NCBI RefSeq assembly: GCF_006345805.1
Contig: NC_043007.1
Span: 12,958,001-13,022,000 of the forward strand
Direction of reading: 5' to 3'
Source of the DNA: Octopus sinensis
Taxonomy: Eukaryota
DNA length: 64,000 nt
Shown here: in pieces, positions 11,156 through 23,349 of the stretch
Numbering within the stretch: position 1 is the stretch's first letter
How the letters are laid out: each line of letters opens with the position of its first letter
The notes under the pieces: model-generated
The model's database searches: none
Seen by the model: only the letters and a program-made list of their open reading frames with translations
Told to the model about the DNA's origin: nothing
Made by a program: the position numbers and the translations under genes

Positions 11156-13049
11156 TTTGTTTTTGCACCTGCTTTACCTATACAAGCATAAATTGGCAGA
11201 GTGTTACTGAAGCATTTTTTAGGGCCAGATGCCCTTCCTGTCACCAACCTTTCTTTGATTTTCAAGTAAAGCATTCATATCATCAACCGATCTTCACATG
11301 ATGGAACTGACAAAATTGCTGAGCTATGGGTTGTATTGTGAGTGGGAGGTGTAAGGAAATGTAACCCTCACTCAAATAACATCAGTGTGAACAAACCCTT
11401 GCCACACACACACACACACACACACATGCTTGCAGGGACTGACATAATTGTGCGGTTAAAAAGTTCTCTTTGCAGCTGCACTGTTTCAAGTTCAGTCCCA
11501 GATTTCTTTCAGTTTTCATCTACCAAGTCCACAGATGAGGATTTGGTTGGCCCAGGGCCATAGTAGAAGACACTTGTCCCTGTTGAGAGTAAAAATCTTC
11601 TCAACCACACAGCCATGGTGATTTTCCTTCTCTTCATCACATAACGAACAGTAAATTAATTATATTTATGAAATCAGGGTTTCATTAGTTTTCGTTGCAT
11701 AATTCAAGAACTGAAATAAGATAAGCACTTTCACCTGTAGGGAGACTTAAAAACAACCGTAATTAAAAGATTAAATCATCATCTCGTTTCCTGCTCTGTG
11801 TTTATTATAATTCTGCTGGATCTAATTTTATTAATTAACCATCAAATTTGGTAAATTGCAAACTACTGCTTACTTTACTCTGGAAAGTGATACTTTGGGC
11901 ACAGGAAAAAATATAAATGCTTTTTAAGCCTCAACATGTATGTAAATGGTAGAGTAATAAGCTCCAGTTACCTGGCATGTTGTTGAAGAAATGAGAGATT
12001 TTTTTCTTCTCTACCCTGGATAGGATGTCAGTCTATCACAGGTAACATTCCCAAATGATCCACTGATATCTGTTTCTATTGATAGGATGAAGTGAGGTAA
12101 TGTAGAATATAGTGTTTTGCACAGAAACAGCATAAACTGACAGGAGGTGAGTGCTTTACCACTGAAGCAACAAAAGTGTGTCTACACTAGTGTTTCCCCA
12201 CATGGGGGTCTCCTGGCGGTTCATGAACCACTATTAGAATTTGACAAGATTACAATGTAAAATATATAGTTTCTAAGCTATGTATAATTATTCGGTTACA
12301 TACATGTCTTTTAAATGAGAGATGAAACTAAGAAAACTTGTTTCTAACCCTTTACTGTCTTGTATGATATAGTAAGTACTACACAGACTGCGTTGGTCAA
12401 CCAGTGTTGAAACACATGATATCACAAGATTTGTACTAACCTTGTTTACATTCATTCTTTAGAAAGTGAGGGACTCTAAACAGACAAACCCCTAATCCCT
12501 TCTTTTATCATTCATTTCTGTTCTGTAACAGAACCACTACAAGACTGGGTTCTTAAGCAACTTATTGAGTGGACGGCTCTTTCAAAAATCTGAGAGTTTG
12601 TAGAAAAATACATTCTTGGTATTGTAAAGTTTGAGAACCTCTTCTCTACATGATTGATATTTCATTGGTCTAAATGACAGTCATAATCTGCATTTAATTA
12701 ATTATATATATTAGATACATTAGACAATCTTACACATTTGTTCTGTTTATGCAACAGACAAGAAGAAATGGATTGATTGGACAATCATTTCAAGTGCCAT
12801 TATGCTTTCATCACTAATTAGTTACCCTACCTAAATTGCCTCATATATCTAATGAATTACATTATCTTATAAATACAGAGATGGTTAAAATGTATGGATA
12901 TACATCACAGTAAAATTTAGTATGAAAAATAAACACTGCTAGATCATCTTAACAGAATTAACAGTAAAAAATGTGTTAAGTATTTGACTCAGTTAACCTC
13001 ATTTACTCATGAGCCTAATAACAATGGCTTTAATCTTTTTGCTACAATA

Positions 13050-13240
13050 CGCCAGCGCCGCCTTGATTACAGCACTTTAAAATAAGGAGTGGTTGGCGTT
13101 AGGAAGGGCATCCAGCCGTAGAAACTCTGCCAGATCAGACTGGAGCCTGGTGCAGCCTCCTGGCTTCCCAGACCCCGGTCGAACTGTGCAACCCGTGCTA
13201 GCACGGAAAACGGACGTTAAACGATGATGATGATGATGAT
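13050..13240 (+). mobile_element. Family C 3' part
   Basis: ggagtggttggcgttaggaagggcatccagccgtagaaac...ggaaaacggacgttaaacgatgatg. Confidence 0.75.
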
Positions 13241-13676
13241 TTCTGTTGAAATACACAGTGTTTGTTTAAATTATTTCTGAATATAATGAAAAATTCAGTA
13301 AACTCATCATCATTAAAATAGTCTTTGGGATATAAGATGACATTTTGATGGAAGGTTTTAAGTTAGAGCACTTTAAAATAAGGAGTTTGTATTCTGGAAC
13401 CTGGAGTGATCACAGGCAGGTTGCTAACAAAAGGGTTAAATATAATTGTATTGTAGCAGTTAAGGTAAATGATTACTGATAAGAGTGTAATGACACTTGA
13501 AACTATGATCCAGTCAATCCCTCTTGATGTGTCTATGGTGATGTTGTACAAACACAACAAATATTTTTAATTGCCTTATGTATGTGATAAGTTGAATTAA
13601 TTATAGATGCAACGACAGGTAAAAATCTATTGACATACTCTATAATATTTTTGGATTAATATTTATTAATGTTAAG

Positions 13677-13890
13677 GTGGAGAGCTGGCAGAAACATTAG
13701 CACACCGGGCAAAACGCTTTGCAGTATTTCGTCTGTCTTCATGTTCTGAGTTCAAATTTCACCTAGATCAACTTTGCCTTTCATCCTTTCGGGGTTGATA
13801 AATTAAGTACCAGTTGCATACTGGGGTCAGTCTAATTGACTGGCTCCCCCCGCAAAATTTTCGGTCCTTGTGCCTTGAGTAGAAAAGAAT
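13677..13890 (+). mobile_element. Family B SINE
   Basis: tRNA-like head, B-box gagttcaaat, Deu/Nin-like core. Confidence 0.75.
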
Positions 13891-14004
13891 ATTTATTAAT
13901 GTTTTTTTATCACTGGTATTCTTGGATTCAACTGTTTCAAATATGGTCATTCAGCTTGCTAGAAATAGCTGTCAAACATCCCTCAAATCATATCCTATTG
14001 ACAT

Positions 14005-14392
14005 ACTCTCTTTACTTGTTTCAGTCATTTAACTGCGGCCATGCAGGAGCACTGCCTTGAGTGGAGCAAATTGACCCCAGGACTTATTCTTTGTAAGCCT
14101 AGTACTTATTCTATCGGTCTCTTTTGCCGAACTGCTAAGTTACGGGGACGTAAACACATCAGCATCGGTTCTCAAGCGATGGTGGGGGGCACAAACATAT
14201 ACACATACACATATTTATGTATATACATATATACGACGGGCTTCTTTCAGTTTCCGTCGACCAAATCCACTCACAAGGCTTTGGTTGGCCCGAGGCTATA
14301 GTAGAAGACACTTGCCCAAGGTGCCACGCAGTCGGACTGAACCCAGAACCATGTGGTTGGTAAGCAAGCTACTTACCACATAGCCAATCCTA
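14005..14392 (-). mobile_element. Family A SINE
   Basis: Full reverse-complement copy. Confidence 0.85.
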
Positions 14393-14942
14393 CCAAAAAA
14401 AAAAATGAATAACACATTGGATAATGTAGTCCTAGATACACTGTGGTGCTCATAGTTGGAAAGCTTTACCTCGTAAGTGTGCTGCACACATGTGCATATA
14501 TACATACACACACTTCAAAAGTAAATAGACACCATCATTGGAAGTTTTATTTCTGGAAAGAAAATTGTTGTTTGATGCATTTAAATAATTAACCCATTAT
14601 TTAGTAGGCATGTCTTGTGCAGAATACATTAACGAATCTGAAGCACCAAGTTCTGTCTTCACAGATAAAGCAGAATTATGAGGGGAGGTGTCTATTTAAT
14701 TTTGATGCACATGTGTGTGTGTGTGTGTGCACATGTGTGTGTGTGTGTGCACATGGAGTGAGTAAGCATTCATGGGTACATGTATAACTGTGTGTGTATA
14801 TGTGTGTTTGCATCCAATACTATAAATGTGCATGTATATTTTTATCTTCAAGTACACGTATGTATGTGTGTGTGTGTATACATATATATATACATATGTA
14901 TATATATACATGCATACATATATACATATACACACACATATA

Positions 14943-15061
14943 GAATAAAACTTTATATATAAAGAACGTGAAATACACGAAGTGACGAACACGGAAAACA
15001 GACAAGTCATTCGAAGCCTTCATTCTTCAGTCAGAAACTGAATCATCATGGCAAATTTCGG
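14943..15061 (-). mobile_element. TA-flanked Penelope-like terminal fragment (duplicated at about 16061-16180)
   Basis: gccgaaatt...ctgaagaatgaaggcttcgaatgacttgtc resembles 37830-38030 and 62030-62250; class assignment is inference. Confidence 0.4.
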
Positions 15062-15201
15062 CTATATATATACACACACATATATTTATATATATACACA
15101 CACACACACACATATATACATATACACATATATATACATATATACACACACACACACATATACATACACACACACACATATACACACACATATATACACA
15201 T

Positions 15202-15236
<35 letters not shown>

Positions 15237-15757
15237 CATATATATATACATATATATGTATATATACACATGCATATGTAGGTTGATGCACCTGGGTATA
15301 TGTGCTTATATTGTACAGTCTAAGGTGTCAGACTTGCAGTTGATGCACACGGTGCATTTATCGATCAATGTGCAATACGTTTGTACTGCAGCCAAGCCTG
15401 TATCTGGTGTCAGATCTGTTGCCATGTGCACTGCTGCAGCATTCTGCGAAAGCTAAGAGGATGGCTGATTATGGCAGCCGGGTGTTACTAAGGAACTTTC
15501 CTAAGATTTCAGTTGTGATGGTGCATTCGATTGTCAAGCTACACAGATGGAAAATATACACGCATGTATTCATGTGTGCATGTCTATGCATATGTACATG
15601 AATGTGCATCCACCTTCCGGTTCATACACTCACACACACACATGTATATATATATATATATATATATACGTATATCAGGTACGCAATTCACATTTGAGAA
15701 GTATTAATATTTGGATGAGCAGTCAAGCGTAAACCAATTTGCTCTAACAACTCTTAC

Positions 15758-15808
15758 TAAGGATGATACGTAAAGCAGAGGTAAAATGTCTGTCGGAACT
15801 TCCAAAAA
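15758..15808 (-). CDS. Candidate 51-nt exon, copy 1 (frame undetermined; phase 0 reads [17 protein letters not shown])
   Basis: Strong acceptor attttcattcttgtag|, donor TTA|gtaaga; all three frames open. Confidence 0.3.
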
Positions 15809-16297
15809 CTACAAGAATGAAAATCATGCCAGAAAAAAAAATAATATTAATAAAAGAAAAGAAAAGAAAAGAAAAGAAAAGAAAAAGAACCCAGTAATAT
15901 TTGTAACATTTCACCTTTGTACATTACTTGTCCATGAACTGGCATTTGAATTAAGATATATGCACATATATGTGTGTGTGTATGTGTGTGTGTGTATACA
16001 TATATATATACATATGTATATATATACATGCATACATATATACATATACACACACATATAGAATAAAACTTTATATATAAAGAACGTGAAATACACGAAG
16101 TGACGAACACGGAAAACAGACAAGTCATTCGAAGCCTTCATGCTTCAGTCAGAAACTGAATCATCATGGCAAATTTCGGCTATATATATACACACACATA
16201 TATTTATATATATACACACACACACACATATATACATATACACATATATATACATATATACACACACACACACATATACACACACATATATACACAT

Positions 16298-16330
<33 letters not shown>

Positions 16331-16735
16331 CATATATATATACATATATATGTATATATACACATGCATATGTAGGTTGATGCACCTGGGTATATGTGCT
16401 TATATTGTACAGTCTAAGGTGTCAGACTTGCAGTTGATGCACACGGTGCATTTATCGATCAATGTGCAATACGTTTGTACTGCAGCCAAGCCTGTATCTG
16501 GTGTCAGATCTGTTGCCATGTGCACTGCTGCAGCATTCTGCGAAAGCTAAGAGGATGGCTGATTATGGCAGCCGGGTGTTACTAAGGAACTTTCCTAAGA
16601 TTTCAGTTGTGATGGTGCATTCGATTGTCAAGCTACACAGATGGAAAATATACACGCATGTATTCATGTGTGCATGTCTATGCATATGTACATGAATGTG
16701 CATCCACCTTCCGGTTCATACACTCACACACACAC

Positions 16736-16769
<34 letters not shown>

Positions 16770-16857
16770 GTATATCAGGTACGCAATTTACATTTGAGAA
16801 GTATTAATATTTGGATGAGCAGTCAAGCGTAAACCAATTTGCTCTAACAACTCTTAC

Positions 16858-16908
16858 TAAGGATGATACGTAAAGCAGAGGTAAAATGTCTGTCGGAACT
16901 TCCAAAAA
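16858..16908 (-). CDS. Candidate 51-nt exon, copy 2
   Basis: Identical to copy 1, within the tandem duplication. Confidence 0.3.
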
Positions 16909-17089
16909 CTACAAGAATGAAAATCATGCCAGAAAAAAAAAAAATATTAATAAAAGAAAAGAAAAGAAAAGAAAAGAAAAGAAAAGAAAAGAAAAAGAAC
17001 CCAGTAATATTTGTAACATTTCACCTTTGTACATTACTTGTCCATGAACTGGCATTTGAATTAAGATATATGCACATATATGTGTGTGT

Positions 17090-17106
17090 GTATATTCATA
17101 TATGTA

Positions 17107-17138
<32 letters not shown>

Positions 17139-17168
17139 GTATATATATATATATATTCTATATATGTG

Positions 17169-17199
<31 letters not shown>

Positions 17200-17368
17200 G
17201 TGTATGTATATGTGCATATATATATATATGTATATATATGTGCATATATATGTATATATTATATATATATATATGTGTGTGTGTGTATATATATATGTAT
17301 ATATATATATATGTGTATATATATGTGTATATATATATGTATATATATATGTATATATATTATATATG

Positions 17369-17437
<69 letters not shown>

Positions 17438-17640
17438 GTGTTATATATATAATATGTATATATATATATATGTGTATATGTATATATATATGTATATATA
17501 TTATATATATATTTATACATATATGTGTATTCATATACATATAAATGTATACGTATTCACAGACACACACACACATATATATATACACACATACATCTAT
17601 ACATATATGTATACACACACACACATATACATATATGCAC
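17090..17640. repeat. Long (TA)n/(TATG)n microsatellite
   Basis: Read directly from the sequence. Confidence 0.95.
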
Positions 17641-18510
17641 ATAGAGCCAGATGTGTAAAGACTTCGCTTCAATGAAGCATGATGTAGCTACATAATGTGA
17701 TATCCTGGTTCTCTACAGTTACTAAGGTGCTACCTACGATGTATACACCGGTTTCTGATAAATGAGAGAACCTGTATGTGATCGTTTGGTTCACTAAAAA
17801 TAGCAGTTAAATATCTCTCGAGTCACATTTTAGTGTCTTCAAAAACAAAAAAAAAACGAAGGACACAGGATAATATAATCTTAAATATTAAACATTCGAT
17901 GGCCAAAGCAAAGATGGGATGGCCATAATAGGAATGTCCTTAACTCTGTTACGATATTTCTGTTGAAATCCATAATGCTTACTCTTTTACTTGTTTCAGT
18001 CATTTGACTGCGGCCATGCTGGAGCACCGCCTTTTTTTAAATCGAGCAACTCGACCCATCCAGTCTGTTTTTTTTTTTTTGTTTTTTTCATCATAGTGTA
18101 TCCAGAACTCTGTGGCAGTGTGGTAAGAAGCCTGCTTCCCAACCACATAGTTCTGGATTCATTCCCATTGCTTGACACCTTGGGTAAATCTCTTATTATA
18201 GCATCGGGCTGACCCAAGGCCCTGTGGGTGGATTTGGTAGATGGAAACTGAAAGAAGCCCACCATATATGTGTCTATGGGTGTGTGTCTGTGTTCATCCT
18301 CCACCGCCACTGGACAACTAATGTTGGTGAGTTTACGTCCCTGTAACTAAGGGGTTTGGCAAAAGTATAAGTACCAGGCTTTAAAAAAAAAAGTATTGGG
18401 GTTTATTCATTCCACTAAAAATTCTTCAAGGTGGTGCCCCAGCATGGCCACAACCTAATAAGCGAAACAAAGTAAATGATAAAAGATATAATGGGTTCTT
18501 ATGTTTAAGA

Positions 18511-18910
18511 CGGCGAACTGGCAGAATCGTTAGCATGCCAGGCGAAATGCTTAGCAGTAGTTCGTCTGCCGCTACGTTCTGAGTTCAAATTCCGCCAAGG
18601 TCGACTTTGCCTTTCATCCTTTTGGGGTCGATTAAATAAGTACCAGTTACGCACTGGGGTCGATATAATCGACTTAATCCATTTGTCTGTCCTTGTTTGT
18701 CCTCTCTGTGTTTAGCCCCTTGTGGGTAGTAAAGAAATAGGTATTTTGTCTGTCTTTACATTCTGAGTTCAAACTCCGCCGAGGTCGACTTTGCCTTTCA
18801 TCCTTTCGGGGTTGATTAAATAAGTACCAGTTATGCACTGGGGTTGATATAATCGACTTAATCCATTTGTCCTCTGTATTTAGCCCCTTGTGGGTAGTAA
18901 AGAAATAGAT
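18511..18910 (+). mobile_element. Family B SINE, dimeric
   Basis: One tRNA head, then the B-box + core + tail unit twice, joined at aaagaaatag|gtattttgtc. Confidence 0.85.
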
Positions 18911-19146
18911 ATAATGGGTTCTTTTGTTTTTAAGACAACAGGGACATATGGCTGCTATGTCTAGCACATCAAGTGACTGCAAAGAGCCAGTTTCTCTCCC
19001 TCTTGTGCTCTTTCATTGGTTCACATGATTTCTTCAGATTGAAGTTAATATACTGACCAAACACCCACCAAAACAACAGCAGCAGCAGATTTAAACAAAA
19101 GACTTTTGTACCGGTAATTATATTCCCTTGGCCATTTTACTCGTAC

Positions 19147-19227
19147 CTACGTAGTGTGGTTGTTTGAGAAGCTCCGCCCCCACCATTTTTGCGTACACAC
19201 CTTTATATCTGCATTTCAGACCGTTAC
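19147..19227 (-). CDS. Candidate 81-nt phase 1-1 exon ((G)NGLKCRYKGVYAKMVGAELLKQPHYV)
   Basis: Acceptor ttattattgactcaag|, donor GTAG|gtacga; open frame; weak support otherwise. Confidence 0.2.
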
Positions 19228-20007
19228 CTTGAGTCAATAATAAACCAAGCAATTATATTGCGTAATCAAAATCTCAAAGAGGTTGTACAGTTGTAGCAAG
19301 AATATCAAAAGAATTTCCTGGCAGAGTAAAACAAGCGTAAAATTTCTGACAAGGTAATATCTGTTTACTTAAGTCGCTCATTTGTCAACAATAACACTGG
19401 TTCTGTGCCATGCTGAAACGGTAAAATTCTTTATAGTCACCAGATTATTGAATCACTATTATGAACAAAATAGGAACACATGTACAAATACAGATACATA
19501 ATTTCATATACATATATATGTATGTGTGTGTGTGTGTATGTATGTATGTTGTAAAGCAAGAAGCAGCTGTTAATTAACTGTTATACATACATACTTATAT
19601 ATATATATATACACATACATATATATATATATAAATATGTATGTATGTATATGAATGTCTGTATGCATATTGTAAGATGATATGCTCAATAGAGAATAGT
19701 AGTTGGTTCACAACACAAACAGTAAAATATGACGACATGATTCAGCTGAGATTTACACAAACACATCAAGCTAGAATAATACAGAAGATAAAAATAATAA
19801 AAATAATAATAAGTGAGTGTAAAGATTAATTTACAGACAAATAAATATAGACTTTGAATAATGTATAATAGAGACACGTTACAACACTGTAGAACATATT
19901 CAGAGAAGAATGAATATAAACCAGACAGCTGATAAACTGAACAGACTGAATTTAATTAAAATAAGTTTATGTGTAAAGAATAAAATTTAAATATAAAGAT
20001 ATATGTA

Positions 20008-20047
<40 letters not shown>

Positions 20048-20049
<2 letters not shown>

Positions 20050-20324
20050 AAAACGTTGTGCTAGAAAGAGCAGTAGAAATCTCAAAAACCACAAAAAAAG
20101 GATAAATTCTCAAAAGGAATGAAAATTAAAAACGTTTAGACTATATATTATTCATATAGAAATACAGTAAGAGGCTTCCAAATAGGAAAGCGTTGTGCTA
20201 GAAAGAGCAGTAGAAATCTCAAAAACCACAAAAATTCTCGAAAGGAATGAAATTAAAAACGTTTACCAACGCTTTCCTATTTGGAAGCCTCTTACTGTAT
20301 TTCTATATGAATAATACATAGTCT
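20048..20324. repeat. Direct-plus-inverted (A-B-A-B') fold-back structure
   Basis: 20138-20195 is the reverse complement of 20267-20324 (1 mismatch); 20048-20137 recurs at about 20185-20264. Confidence 0.9.
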
Positions 20325-20423
20325 AATGACTAATTCGTTTTTTTTGTGCTAGGCCACTGGTAATAATAATTTATTATTACCCTGTGTATTATGTTTAAAT
20401 ATATATATGTATGTATATGTTGT

Positions 20424-20819
20424 GACCCCCTTCGGTCATGAATGACAATAGGATTGCACCTAGAAAGTTACCCTCCAAGGCACAAGTCCAGGCAAGGTCG
20501 TTTGTGGAAGACCGGCAGTCATCCATGCATACCAGCCTCCCCTCTCCACGCCACAAGTGTTATCCAAGGGAAAGGCAAGGGCCGATACAGCTTGGCACCA
20601 GTGAAGTTGCAGCTCATTTATTAACGTGCAAGTGGCTGAGTACTCCACAGACACGTGTATCCTTAACGTAGTTCTCAGGATAACACTGGTGGCATGGAGA
20701 GGGGAGGCTGGTATGCATGGGCGATTGCTGGTCTTCCATAAACAACCTTGCCCGAACTTGTGCCTGGGAGGGTAACTTTCTAGGTGCAATCCCATGGTCA
20801 GTCATGACCGAAGGGGGTC
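20424..20819. repeat. ~400-bp inverted repeat built from two opposed SINE tails
   Basis: Arms 20424-20565 and 20678-20819; the same tail occurs at 26950-27100. Confidence 0.9.
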
Positions 20820-20917
20820 TCGGCTCAGCATGTCATTAACAAGAGCTTTGGATGAGACATGGACATCAAGCTCTCCCATTTTCTCTGCTCTGAAAATTAT
20901 AAACCTTTGTGACTAAC

Positions 20918-21139
20918 CATAAAGAAATTGTATGTGAATTTTGTATTAATCTCGTTAGATTGTGAATTTAAACCCTCTATTGCTTGACTTGGCCTTATGT
21001 CTATTTGGTTCGTAAGAGAAATACCAGTGGTACTATCAGGTTGATTTACTATATTGTAGTATATACACACTTCCTGTCCTAAGTTTCCTATATTAGACAA
21101 GCAGAGTAGAAACAAGAGGAAACCTGTAAGAAACTTCAT
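20918..21139 (-). CDS. Candidate first coding exon with signal-peptide-like N-terminus (MKFLTGFLLFLLCLSNIGNLGQEVCIYY...YNFFM)
   Basis: 74 open codons from ATG to a phase-0 donor ATG|gttagt; M-K-hydrophobic core; alternative acceptor tttcttacag| gives an exon starting at 21123. Confidence 0.5.
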
Positions 21140-21902
21140 TTCATTTTGTAAACAGAACACGTGAAAGGACATCTGGAACTCCTATCTACAAGCTGTAGTT
21201 AATCTAATCAGAATAATTAAGTTTGCACCTTATTAGGATTATTCAGTTGATACCAGAATCTAAAGGATGCCAGAAGTGGCGATAATGGTGGTGATGGAGG
21301 TGGTGATGGGTGGTGGCAGTGGTGGTGATGGTGGTATAATTTGATTGGCTAACTGTAGTTTCACTTCATTGGCATATACGCTTGGCATATTTAAGCAAGA
21401 ATGAAAGGCTGCCTTTATAGGACACAAAGTTTAGGGTCATGGATCAGAAACCCATAAAACAGGTTCAGTCAAAATTTAGGCTTAATTCATTCTACACAGA
21501 CCACAAGAGAAAAGAAATCTTTAAAATCTTTATTTTGTATAAAAAAGAAAAAGGAATTAGAAGATATTGAAGTTAAGAATTAAATATACAGGATCTACAA
21601 TTTCGTTTGAGAAGAAATTCTCTCCCCTTTGTTGACATATTTCCCACCAGGGACAAACCATTTTACATAATTTGTGTAAATATTTTAAAACATTCACATT
21701 CAACATTTACTTATTTCCTTAGTTTCTTTCGTTGTATGGAGGCCATGTTGGGGTGCTACCTTCAAAAATGTTAATGTAATATTTTGACCCTTGTTTCTTA
21801 ATTTATCAATCAATATCTATCAAATAGCTAAGTAACATTTTTTGACAAAGGAGATACAGCTCAACAGATTTAAACCTGTAAATGAAAACACATACATACA
21901 TA

Positions 21903-22110
21903 TCTATTATATAAAATCCGTTCTGTCTGTCTGTGTGTCTTCTAGGATCTTGGGCATCTGCTATCCGATTGCGCTCAAATTTGATATTATGTAGATACCG
22001 ATGGTATCAGGGCGTGTATAAGTCTTGAAAAAATTACAAAAATCAATTCCAGGTGAGAATGCGATCAATAAAGCCGTTTTTCTTTGGAATTGAAAAAAAG
22101 GCTATCTTTA
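21903..22110 (+). mobile_element. Helitron-like 5' end fragment
   Basis: A|TCTATTATATAAAA start; no 3' CTAG hairpin seen. Confidence 0.4.
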
Positions 22111-22269
22111 TTTCTTCTTTTGCTGGTGTCTCAAATTTAGGTTAAATCAGTGTTTCTCAAAGGGGAGGCCTATGGGACGGTCGGACAAGTTGTTTTGAGA
22201 AAATATGGTGTAAATGTTTGACAACTCAGCACCATCCATTGGATGGGGGGAGGAAGGGCGTTTTGCTTG

Positions 22270-22307
<38 letters not shown>

Positions 22308-22380
22308 CACATACACAGGTCACCTTGTGTGTGTGTGTGTATGTATATATATATATATATATATACATATACACATCACC

Positions 22381-22435
<55 letters not shown>

Positions 22436-22765
22436 TTACTGTTCCATTATCGGTAGGGTCAACAAAAAAGCATTCCATCTAGTGAGAAATAAATATAATT
22501 TAATATTCACAGTATTTAAATACAAGCTACAATTAGTTTCACAAGAAGAAACAAATTGGCAAATTTATACATCACACCTTGTGCCACCAAACATTCCTTC
22601 AGGTCCAACCACACAACATGACTGGTCTTATGTGAAAAAGACCAGCCATGTTGTGTAGTTGAGCCTGAACGATTGCTTCAAGACAAAAGACGATATATAA
22701 ATCTACCAGTCTATTGTGTTTCCACAGCATGAAACTAATAGTAGCTCATATCTAAATACTGTGTA

Positions 22766-23277
22766 CTGTAAATCCTCGAGTATAGTCTGCCCTTGATTAT
22801 AATATGCAGGGTTTTTTTAGGGGGCTGTACCTCTGAAAAACCTAAACCCTGTGTATAATATGCACCCCATCTCTAACTTGAGTCAAGGAAGTCTATATAA
22901 CGTCCTTGATTTGTAAATCTGTATACGGTAACGTCCTTTATTATTATTGTATATATAACACAATGCAAACGTGTAGCTTTTTTGTGCATTTTGTTTACTG
23001 AAAATAAAGAAGTAACAGTAATAACGTTTAATAAATGTTGCTTACTGCAAGTTATGGATGATTCTTTTTTGACTTCATTGCTTTCAGGCTTAGCTTAAGG
23101 TATTTTCGCGCCCGACATCACAAAATGCGTCTGAATAAACATTGCCGGACAGCAAATAGAGACTCGGACATTGCTTAGAAAATATTTTTCATTTTTAACC
23201 TCGTATATAGTACGCACTAGGGATTTTGACTTTTAAATTTTGGTGGGGAAATGCGGATTATATGTGAGGATTTATGG
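22766..23277. mobile_element. Non-autonomous Tc/mariner-superfamily (Tc2/pogo-like) element
   Basis: TA flanks; TIRs ctgtaaatcctcgagtatagtctgc and reverse complement ccataaatcctcacatataatccgc. Confidence 0.75.
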
Positions 23278-23313
23278 TATATTAAATTATACATACCTAC
23301 ATACATACATACA

Positions 23314-23349
<36 letters not shown>

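Larger units (their letters stand above)
14868..17090. repeat. Direct tandem duplication of a ~1.1-kb unit (about 14868-15985 and 15986-17090)
   Basis: Unique blocks recur at offsets of 1118, 1094 and 1110 bp; differences are a few substitutions and microsatellite lengths. Confidence 0.95.

Noticed and set aside
10658-11274. 177-aa Ile/Val-rich and 164-aa Met/Thr-rich ORFs as membrane proteins
   Set aside because: Pure translation of an (ATC/GTC/GTT)n tract that lacks stop codons by composition
16863-17675. 270-aa Tyr/Ile ORF (also 32485-33297 and similar)
   Set aside because: Translation of (TA)n/(TG)n microsatellites
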